Assembly (NCBI GenBank): GCA_013416795.1
Contig: RQSC01000440.1
Coordinates: 1-11,953 of the forward strand
Direction: 5' to 3'
Source: Prasinococcaceae sp. CCMP 1430
Taxonomy: Eukaryota; Plantae; Prasinodermophyta
Length of the DNA: 11,953 nucleotides
This document shows positions 1-7,468 of the stretch, one piece after another (positions within the stretch are counted from its first letter, which is position 1; every line of letters begins with the position of its first letter). The translations under genes were made by a program, and so were the position numbers. The notes below the pieces were generated by a model. It was not told the origin of the DNA, ran no database searches, and was given only the letters and a program-made list of their open reading frames with translations.

Positions 1-2
1 GC

Positions 3-108
3 GAGGGGCTCGTCGCGCGCTCCAACGAGGCTGGCCTCGCCGACGAGGAGGCGCCCCGCAGCATCGAGGAGCGGAGCGCGGAGCCTCGAGGGGGGCGCGC
101 GGCGGGCG
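3..108 (+). CDS. Possible fragment of an upstream gene's exon
   Basis: Reads [31 protein letters not shown] with G/C-rich third positions, and a possible donor GTGTGT follows at 109. The segment is short, and a minus-strand reading ([11 protein letters not shown]...) cannot be excluded. Confidence 0.3.
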
Positions 109-133
109 GTGTGTGGCGATGCGCGAGAGAGCG

Positions 134-278
134 ACACACGTACACGCGTGCGCGCGCACACACACACGCACACACGCACACACGCACACACACACACGCA
201 CGCACGCGCGCACACACACACGCACACACACGCACACACACGCATGCACACACGCACACACACACGCACACGCACACG

Positions 279-311
<33 letters not shown>

Positions 312-345
312 ACACACGCACACGCACACGCACACACACGCGCGC
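134..345. repeat. Compound (CA)n/(CG) purine-pyrimidine microsatellite tract
   Basis: About 210 nt of near-continuous alternating CACACGCACACGCA... Confidence 0.95.
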
Positions 346-821
346 GTTTCGGGGAGGCACTTTTCGCAGGCGCCCGCCAGCCGCCGCCGCCACGCGCCAC
401 GGCGATTTTTTCGGATCTAAACCCTACGATGCATACCCCAACCACGCCAATGCCGATTTGATTTCACGTAGCTCGGAGTTCCTTTCGTACGGTACGTAAA
501 AAGAATGCAAAACCTGATCACATTGAGTCCATTTTGTTCAGCAACGCCGTCAAATACGTTGGGTTCAAAAAACCCTCTCGCTGTCAATTCCAGCAACATC
601 CCCTGCGATATCTGCGCCGTTTGATACCATTTGACGATGCAAAACGACGGATCGGCGCCTCGAAATGCGCGCGAATTCGAATTCCGCGGGTTTGCGGCGT
701 GATCGACTCCGGCGTTGTAGGCCCGGAGGTTAGGGTTTGAGAGGCAGCGCCAGCGCTCGAGGGCTCGACACGAACGAGCCCCGGCGGCGGCACCGAAAGC
801 CACATCAAATCGCACGCACGC

Positions 822-1150
822 GGCCCACGGCACGAAACCCTACACCCTAAACCTTACGAAGGTCAAAGCCCCTTTCCTTTTTTTTCTGGCCCGCATTTCG
901 GGCGATTTTCGGGCGTTTTCGCGCGCCGACGCGTGCGAATCGCCGTCGCGGGCGGGTGGAAAAGGGCAAAGAAAAAGCGACGTCAAAAAGCATTGGACTT
1001 TTTTTTCCCGGCGCGCCGCGGGCGTTAGGGCGGCCGCCGGGCGGGACCCGCGCGACGCGGGGTTGCCGCGCGCTCCGCGGAATCTAGTGTATTTATTTAC
1101 ATGTAATTCTGCAAAAGGAATCCATATTAATTACAGGATTCCGAGGAATC
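822..1150 (+). promoter_or_regulatory. RPL21 promoter region: site II-like GGCCCA, telo-boxes, E2F-like sites and an AT-rich core
   Basis: GGCCCA at 822-827 is followed by AAACCCTA (835-842) and CCCTAAACC (845-853), the site II plus telo-box pairing known from plant ribosomal-protein promoters. TTTCGCGC (917-924) and TTTCCCGG (1004-1011) fit the E2F consensus. A very AT-rich block at 1081-1140 lies ~100-150 nt upstream of the ATG. Confidence 0.55.
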
Positions 1151-1237
1151 CGCCAGCCGCCGCGCGGGGTCGGGGGGCGCCCGGCGCCGGCGGCGGCCAC
1201 AGCGCGCGCACAGCACGCTCCCCCCCCCGCCGCAGCC

Positions 1238-2428
1238 ATGCCGAAGGGCCTCGGCCGCCGCTCGCGCACGCGCGATGTGTTCAGCCGCCCCTTCCGCGGC
1301 AAGGGCTACATCCCGCTGACCACCTACCTGCGCAACTACAAGGTCGGCGACCTCGTGGACATCAAGGTGCGCGACAGCGCCGCCGCCGCCGCCGCCGCCG
1401 CCGCCAGCCGTCGCCGCCGNCGCCACGATGCGCACCACATCTCCACGCGGCGGCGTAGTTCGCCAGGTGCCAGAGGCACAGGGCCGAGGAAGTCGAAGCG
1501 TGCGAGCGGGTCGTCAGCTTCGACGACCTGTGCAAACTCCAGCGCGGTAGCGACGCCTTCACCGCATCGCTCTTCTTCCTGCGCGACAACGATGAGCGCG
1601 CAGCGCAGGAGGTCGATGCGGCCAAGTCGAGGCACGCGCCCAGGGACGACGCCGACCATGAGAACGGCGATCCACCGGCGGAGTCACCGGCGAAGCGGTC
1701 GCGCGGACCGCCCAGCGAGGAAGGGGGAGTTAAGTACGCGACCAGCCGCGCGGTGCAGGTGGACATCATGTGCATGCCCTGCGCTGCCGTCACGCCACTC
1801 TTCTACGCCGTGCAGCTCGAGCGCGTCACCGTCATGCTCGCATGAGACCGCGCCGCGCGCCGGGTGGGTGGGCGCTGCCCGCGCCGCTCGCGCCGCGGCA
1901 TGGGTTGTCGCTCCGCGCTCCTTCCCGTGCTCCCCACTGGTCATGGGCGCGCGCATGTGCGCACGCGCGCACGCGCGCACTGCGCGTGTGAACGTGCGTG
2001 CGGCGCAGGGAAAGCGCGTGGGAGGGAGGGGGAGGACTCGATCGCCCGATCGCCCGATCGCCGTCTGCCGCGCGTGTGTTACTTTACGCACGCGCACCTA
2101 CTCGCGGGGACGCGCGCTGACGCGAATGCCGCCCTCGCCCCCATTGCCACCCCCGCGCCCTCGCGCCCCACAGCACCGCGAGAAGCAGCTGCGCAAGCGC
2201 ATCCACGTGCGCGTCGAGCACGTGCAGCCCTCGCGCTCGCGCGACGAGTTCCTGGCGCGCCGCGCGTCGAACGACGCTGCCAAGGCCGAGGCGAAGAAGG
2301 CTGGCAAGAAGATCTCGACCAAGCGCGCCGTCGTGGGCGCGCCCAAGGCCGGCTTCGAGCTCGTGCCGGCCGCGGCCCCCGAGACGCTCACCGCGGTGCC
2401 CTACGACATCGCCGCCACCATCAAGTAG
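1238..2428 (+). CDS. RPL21: 60S ribosomal protein L21 (eL21), spliced. Visible exons are 1238-1366 and 2174-2428; the conserved middle exon (~36 codons) is not in the visible sequence.
   Basis: Exon 1 gives [43 protein letters not shown], followed by the donor AAG|GTGCGC at 1367. The last exon follows branch-like CTGAC (2117-2121) and CCCCACAG| (2173) and gives [51 protein letters not shown]...[12 protein letters not shown]. Both parts match plant/algal eL21. The intervening [35 protein letters not shown] block was not found on either strand. Confidence 0.95.
   Translation: MPKGLGRRSRTRDVFSRPFRGKGYIPLTTYLRNYKVGDLVDIKVRDSAAAAAAAAASRRRXRHDAHHISTRRRSSPGARGTGPRKSKRASGSSASTTCANSSAVATPSPHRSSSCATTMSAQRRRSMRPSRGTRPGTTPTMRTAIHRRSHRRSGRADRPARKGELSTRPAARCRWTSCACPALPSRHSSTPCSSSASPSCSHETAPRAGWVGAARAARAAAWVVAPRSFPCSPLVMGARMCARAHARTARVNVRAAQGKRVGGRGRTRSPDRPIAVCRACVTLRTRTYSRGRALTRMPPSPPLPPPRPRAPQHREKQLRKRIHVRVEHVQPSRSRDEFLARRASNDAAKAEAKKAGKKISTKRAVVGAPKAGFELVPAAAPETLTAVPYDIAATIK
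1378..1405. repeat. (CGC)n trinucleotide microsatellite
   Basis: About 9 units at the 5' end of the RPL21 intron, just before the single N at 1420. Confidence 0.9.
1459..1845 (+). CDS. Unidentified 128-codon terminal coding exon inside the RPL21 intron, same strand; 5' boundary uncertain
   Basis: The frame is stop-free from after TAG 1456-1458 to TGA 1843-1845: [128 protein letters not shown]. Third codon positions are strongly G/C, like the confirmed genes, and the sequence is not low-complexity. It is missing from the ORF track because it has no early start codon. Confidence 0.6.
   Translation, partial: FARCQRHRAEEVEACERVVSFDDLCKLQRGSDAFTASLFFLRDNDERAAQEVDAAKSRHAPRDDADHENGDPPAESPAKRSRGPPSEEGGVKYATSRAVQVDIMCMPCAAVTPLFYAVQLERVTVMLA
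2040..2062. repeat. Short tandem repeat (GATCGCCC) x ~3
   Basis: GATCGCCCGATCGCCCGATCGCC is directly visible. Confidence 0.8.
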
Positions 2429-2451
2429 GCGCCGAGCGGCACGCAGCACGT

Positions 2452-2476
2452 GGGTAACAAAAAAATACAGTACAGA
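2452..2476. terminator. Shared AT-rich 3'-end region of convergent RPL21 and DCI1
   Basis: GGTAACAAAAAAATACAGTACAGA sits in the 68-nt gap between the two stop codons. It carries TGTAA-like variants: GGTAA on +, and TGTAC/TGTAT/TGTTA on -. Confidence 0.35.
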
Positions 2477-2496
2477 CGCGCTCGGGCGGGCGCGCC

Positions 2497-3835
2497 TCAG
2501 AGCTTGGACCTGCGCAGGCCCTTGTACACGGGCCGCCTGCGCTCGCGCGCCGCCGCGGCCGCCTCGACGACGTCCTCGGTGATGAGCTGCGCGGCATTCC
2601 ACGTCGCCACATAGTCGAGATTGTCGGCTACGGAGCCGCTGTCGCGCACGCGCAGGAGCACCCGCTTGGTGCCCGCGACCGCGAGCGGGCTGAGAGGTGA
2701 AGGTGTGAGTGTGTGTGTGCGCGGGGTGGCGGTGTGTGCGTGAGCATGCTCGTGTAAGCACGTCGGGCGAGTGGTGCGCGTGCGAGCGTGCGAGCGCGCG
2801 CGCGAGAGGGATAGTGCTGCGAGGCGGCTCATTCGATGCCGCGTGCCAAGCACGCGTGCGGACGCTGTCTCGCACGCTCACGCGCGCGCGCCTGCGCATG
2901 CACACGAGCACGCGCACGTGCGCACGCACGCGCACGTCCACTACGCTCAGCGCGCGCGCACACCTCTTTGCGGCGATGCTCGCGCAGAGCTTCCTCGCGG
3001 CAACGAGCATGGCCGTGGCGTCCGGGTGCGCCCGCGAGCACAGCCCAGTCGCCACCGCCTCCTCGGCGCCCACCACCCGCGCCGTCAGCGACATTTCCGT
3101 CGCCACGCCGTGGCCGACGATGCTCGGCAGGCGCTGCAGCGTGCCAACGTCCGCCGCCAAGCCCACGTCGACCTCCTGTTCGAGAGCGTGTTTTGCGCGC
3201 GGGCGCGGGCGCACAGGATTGAGCGCGCGCGCGTGCGCGTGTGCAGGGGCGCATGTGCGGACATGCGCATCACGCGCATGTGATGGTGCGCGTTGGGAAA
3301 AGAGTGGTGCGTGAGCTCGTCGCTCTTGCGTGCTCGAGAGTTCGCTCGCTTGTGTGCTTGCATGCGCGCCAACGAGGACACATGCACGCAAGCACGCGCA
3401 CACGCAGCCACGCAGCCACGCGCGCACGCACCTTGACGCAAAATCGGGCGTCGGCGGAGCACACGCGCACGTCGGCGGCAGTGGCGAGGTCAACGCCAGC
3501 GCCGTAGCACGCCCCGTGCACGGCAGCAACCACCGGGCAGTGCAGCCGCTCCAGGCTCGTGAACGCGTCCTGCATGCGCAGGATGTTGCGCCGCAGCTCC
3601 TCGCGCTGGCGCGCGCCGTCGACGCCCTCGCGCGGCGCCTGCTGCGCCCCCGTCTGCGCGAGGTGCGCGAGGTCGATGCCTGCGCAGAACGCGCGGCCCT
3701 CCCCGGCGAGCAGCACGCAGCGCACGTCGCCGTCGGCGGCGAGCACCTCGTCGACCACGCGCGGCAGCTCGGCCCACATGGCGCCGTCGAGCGCGTTCGC
3801 GCGCCCCGGCCGCGCCAGCCACACCTCGGCGACCC
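2497..3835 (-). CDS. DCI1: Delta(3,5)-Delta(2,4)-dienoyl-CoA isomerase (crotonase family, DCI1/ECH1), peroxisomal; 5' end lies in the gap
   Basis: Exons are 3835(gap edge)-3432, 3175-2964 and 2689-2497, with GT-AG introns (AAG|GTGCGT...GAACAG|GAG and AG|GTGTGC...TCTCAG|C) that join in frame. Motifs include LARPGRANALD, FCAGIDL, AVHGACYGAGVDLATAADVRVCSADARFCVKEVDVGLAADVGTLQRLP and SPLAVAGTKRVLL...DNLDYVATWN. The C-terminal SKL* is a PTS1 peroxisomal signal. Confidence 0.93.
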
Positions 3836-4375
3836 NNNNNNNNNNNNNNNNNNNNNNNNNNNNNNNNNNNNNNNNNNNNNNNNNNNNNNNNNNNNNNNNN
3901 NNNNNNNNNNNNNNNNNNNNNNNNNNNNNNNNNNNNNNNNNNNNNNNNNNNNNNNNNNNNNNNNNNNNNNNNNNNNNNNNNNNNNNNNNNNNNNNNNNNN
4001 NNNNNNNNNNNNNNNNNNNNNNNNNNNNNNNNNNNNNNNNNNNNNNNNNNNNNNNNNNNNNNNNNNNNNNNNNNNNNNNNNNNNNNNNNNNNNNNNNNNN
4101 NNNNNNNNNNNNNNNNNNNNNNNNNNNNNNNNNNNNNNNNNNNNNNNNNNNNNNNNNNNNNNNNNNNNNNNNNNNNNNNNNNNNNNNNNNNNNNNNNNNN
4201 NNNNNNNNNNNNNNNNNNNNNNNNNNNNNNNNNNNNNNNNNNNNNNNNNNNNNNNNNNNNNNNNNNNNNNNNNNNNNNNNNNNNNNNNNNNNNNNNNNNN
4301 NNNNNNNNNNNNNNNNNNNNNNNNNNNNNNNNNNNGCCACAGGCCGGCCGCGCGCCGCGCGCCGCGCGCCCGGCA

Positions 4376-4495
4376 CGGGTCAAAATAAACCGGAGCGAGG
4401 CGTATTTATAGACCCTTAAGGGCGGTGATGAACCTGAAAGGTGGGGTTTGTGGGGCGGGGGTCGCGGGCGAATTCGCGGCGTTTTTTCGCGCTGC
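4376..4495. promoter_or_regulatory. Probable bidirectional promoter between the divergent DCI1 and TAAC genes
   Basis: An AT-richer patch (CAAAATAAACC, TATTTATAG TATA-like, TTTTTTCGCGC E2F-like) lies between head-to-head genes in otherwise very GC-rich DNA. Confidence 0.45.
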
Positions 4496-4907
4496 GCGGG
4501 CGGCGGGCGCGCGTGGGTGAGCGTACGCGCTCTGGGGGGGTAATCGGGTGGGGGCGATGGGTAGATGCGGCGCCTGAGGCAGCTCAGGCAGCGTGCCCCG
4601 TCGCCTGGCGCGTGCGCCTGCACCCACGCGGCGCCCCCTCCAGCGCCGCGGTGGACAGCCTTGCCGCAAACCCCGCCGACAACTGCTGCGGACGAACGCG
4701 GCGTGCACACGGCGGAGCACGCAGCGGATGCCCCCGCAGCATAACGCCCGCGGCGATTGCTTGTGTTGGGTGTGCGCAAGGCGTTGGCGCCGCAGTCGCG
4801 GGTCCGCTCGCGGTGGGAGCGCTGCTGCGCGAGCGCCCTTCGGCCCGCTGTTTGCGAATGGCGCGCGTGCTGACGTTGCCTGCGTTGCCTGCGGCCGCTC
4901 GCCTACG

Positions 4908-4911
4908 ATGG

Positions 4912-4945
<34 letters not shown>

Positions 4946-6071
4946 CGGGTGCGCGCGCCTTTCGTCGCACGCTGCCCGTTGCGGCGCAACGCGCGCAGCG
5001 GCCGTGCACAATGCGTGCCAGGGCGCTCTGGAGCGCGCCGCTGGCGCGCCGCGCACTGCTGGCGTGCGGCGCTCGGCGCGCCGTGCGGCCGCCAATGCCG
5101 CAGTTGCGCCCATCGCCGCGGGGAAGAAGGAGCTGCCGGTCATCGCGCGCTCGGAAGCCGTCACCTTGCAAGCGCGCCTGAAGGAGCCCTTGCTCTTCGT
5201 CAACCTGGTGCCTGCCGAGGTGGCCAAGTTCCTGAGCGGCGGCATGGCCGGCGCGCTGAGCAAGACGCTCACCGCGCCGCTCGACCGAGTGAAGATCTTG
5301 ATGCAGACCTTCAGCGCGGGTGGCAGCACCATCAGCGGCAAGGGCGGCATCCTGGGCGCGTTCGTGGACATCTACAAGACAGAGGGCATCAAGGCGTACT
5401 GGAAGGGCAACATCCCGCAGGTGGTGCGCGTGTTCCCCTACTCGGCCACGCAGCTCTTCGCGTACGACACGTACAAGACTCTCTTCACCGACAGCGAGGG
5501 TAAGCTTCCGATCGTGCGCCGGCTGGTCGCCAGTGCGTCCGCGGGCATGACGGCCACCTTCGTGACGTATCCGCTCGACATCATCCGCCTGAGGCTGGCC
5601 GTCGACCCCACCGCCACGTCGATGGGCGGCGTGTTCGCCGAAATCATCAAGAAGGAGGGCCCGCTGGGTTTCTACAAGGGCCTCGTGCCCTCCATGGCGG
5701 GCATCGCGCCGTACATCGCGGTCAACTTCACCACTTTCGATCTGCTTAAGGAGGCGAACCCCGCTGGCGGCAGCTTCGCCAATGCTTTCATCGCCTCGAC
5801 GATTGCCACCTCCATCTGCTACCCGCTCGACACAGTGCGCCGCCAGATGCAGATGAAGAACTCGCCCTACAGCACCATGGCGGGCGCTCTCGCTGGCATT
5901 TTCGCCAAGAATGGCATCGGCGGGTTCTACCGCGGCTGGCTGCCGAACCTGGTGAAGAACATGCCCAACTCGTCCATCAGGCTGGCGACGTACGACGCTG
6001 CCAAGGACGTCATCCTGGCGGCCGGACAGGCGGAGGCCAGGGCGGAGGCCAGGGCGTTGGCGAAGAAGTGA
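4908..6071 (+). CDS. TAAC: Plastid thylakoid/envelope ADP,ATP (PAPS) carrier of the mitochondrial carrier family, TAAC/PAPST1-like; true start uncertain
   Basis: Three carrier repeats with PX[DE]XX[KR] signatures: APLDRVK, YPLDIIR and YPLDTVR. Segments YWKGNIPQVVRVFPYSATQLFAYDTYK, IAPYIAVNF and KNMPNSSIRL closely resemble Arabidopsis TAAC. An Ala/Arg-rich N-terminal extension resembles a transit peptide. ATG 4908 runs through a (TC)14 tract, so a spliced alternative 5' end (acceptor CAG 4996-4998) is possible. Confidence 0.88.
4915..4942. repeat. (TC)14 microsatellite
   Basis: Perfect dinucleotide run at the 5' end of the carrier gene. Confidence 0.95.
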
Positions 6072-6446
6072 TTCTTCCTCGCGTGTGCCTGGAGGGGGGC
6101 GGCAGGGGCACGGAGGGTGCGGGGGCACTCGCCACGCACGTGGTGGCGGCGAGCGCTGCGCACAATCGCCGGGCGGGTGGCCGTGTGAGCGCACGTGCCG
6201 GATGTTTCGCACGTGTGCGTGGCACTCGCGCCCACGTACTGCCTAGGGAGGTCTAGAGGGTGCTCCACAAATGTGGTAGCGGCGGGCGAGCGGATCGCTC
6301 GGAGATAATACCTGTGCATCGGCGCACACGCGCGCACGCGCGCACCGGCAAGCGCACGCGCGAGCGCACGAGCGCGCAGGCGCGGGTGGGCGGGCGGTGG
6401 CGGCATGCGTGCGCTTACGACGCCCGTGCGCGGTCGCGCATGCGCA

Positions 6447-7179
6447 TCACGCATCTCCACGGGCGTCGCCCTTGTCAAACAGCGTTTTCTCCACCACCAA
6501 CTGGGCGATGAGGGATCGTTGGCGCGTGGTGTCAGCAGGGTTGGTCGGGGAGAGGGGCGAAAGCGAGGCGAGTTTCTGCACGAGGATGCGAGGAGGGGCC
6601 GCGCACTAATGGCAGCTCGAGCGCTGTGAGCGGGCGCACCTCGCCATCGACGAGCTGGTATACGTAGACCGTCGCACGAGCGTCCACGACGTCCATGAGC
6701 ACAAAACTTGGGTTGACCTGCGACGCCGTCCCACCCGAGAGTGTCGACGCTGCCCCCGTCGCCGAGCCAGGGTTCACCAGCAATCGGCCGTCGTAGACGT
6801 ACGTGCGGCACTCGTGCGTGTGGCCCGACACGAGCACGTCGCAACCGAGCTGCCTCTGCAGCGCTGCGAGCGCGTCCGCATCGCCCCATGGCACCACTTG
6901 GTGTCCGTGCACGACGCCTAGCGTGAGCTCTCCCACCTTGAGCGTGCATGTCTCCGCGTAGCCCTTCTCGGCGCCGAGCGCCCCGTCGAACTCGCCCATG
7001 GCGACCCGCATGTCGGGGCAGACGCTCTTGAGGTAGTCGTACATCGCGCGGTCGCACAGGTCGCCGGTCAGCAGCGCGTGCTGGACCTTCCCGGGCACGA
7101 GTAGCGCCTTGAAACGTTCGGGAAGGTCCGCGGCGCGGTGCGGCACATGCAGGTCGCCCATGCACAGCACGAGCACCAT
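6447..7179 (-). CDS. VPS29: Vacuolar protein sorting 29 (retromer subunit), two exons: 7179-6640 and 6500-6447
   Basis: Translation MVLVLCMGDLHVPHRAADLPERFKALLVPGKVQH...HGHQVVPWGD...SGHTH...NPGSATGA...PSFVLMD...VYQLVDGE|LVVEKTLFDKGDARGDA*. Donor GAG|GTGCGC at 6639, branch CTGAC near 6531-6535 and acceptor GCCCAG| at 6501. The second exon aligns with the usual VKVDKIEFKK tail. Confidence 0.95.
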
Positions 7180-7439
7180 GGCGGCCTGGCCCCCCGCGCG
7201 CTGGCGCGCCGCTCGCTTCGGGGGCGCGCCTCCCCTCCTCGCCCGCGCGCGCCGCNNNNNNNNNNNNNNNNNNNNNNNNNNNNNNNNNNNNNNNNNNNNN
7301 NNNNNNNNNNNNNNNNNNNNNNNNNNNNNNNNNNNNNNNNNNNNNNNNNNNNNNNNNNNNNNNNNNACGCGGAGGCCCGCGCGCTCGCGTCCGCTCGCGC
7401 GCGCGCGGCGGCGCATGGCCGCGGCAGCCACAGGGGCCC

Positions 7440-7444
7440 TTACA
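7440..7444 (-). terminator. TGTAA polyadenylation signal for NMT1
   Basis: TGTAA, the chlorophyte poly(A) signal, lies 25 nt downstream of the NMT1 stop on the coding strand. Confidence 0.45.
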
Positions 7445-7468
7445 GGCGAGCCGCGCGCCCGCACGCGC

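Noticed and set aside
417-426. CTAAACCCTA as a plus-strand telomerase RNA template
   Set aside because: A T6 run lies 6 nt upstream and only microsatellite precedes it, so there is no room for a Pol III 5' region or promoter. A telo-box is the better reading.
109-499. Three overlapping ORFs rich in HT/RA dipeptides
   Set aside because: They are translations of the CA/CG microsatellite, which has no stop codons.
468-575. tRNA-like A-box (TAGCTCGG) and B-box-like GGTTCAAA
   Set aside because: The B-box lacks the terminal C, the spacing is about 90 nt, and no cloverleaf can be drawn.
1367-2173. Intronic box C/D snoRNA in the RPL21 intron
   Set aside because: No RTGATGA C-box is present on the sense strand.
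1238-2428. 396-aa continuous ORF in the track, as a single long RPL21 protein
   Set aside because: It is read-through of intron sequence, including an N, in GC-rich DNA; only the two ends are eL21.
4425-4437. GTGATGAACCTGA resembling C and D boxes
   Set aside because: The boxes are adjacent with no guide region between them, and the motif sits in a promoter-like patch.
6030-6057. Tandem GGCGGAGGCCAG x2
   Set aside because: A trivial in-frame duplication (AEAR AEAR) in the variable C-terminal tail of TAAC.
4584-6212. 542-aa minus-strand ORF, and likewise 7109-9031 (+) and other long antisense frames
   Set aside because: These are antisense shadows of genes with strong third-position GC bias and show no recognisable domains.
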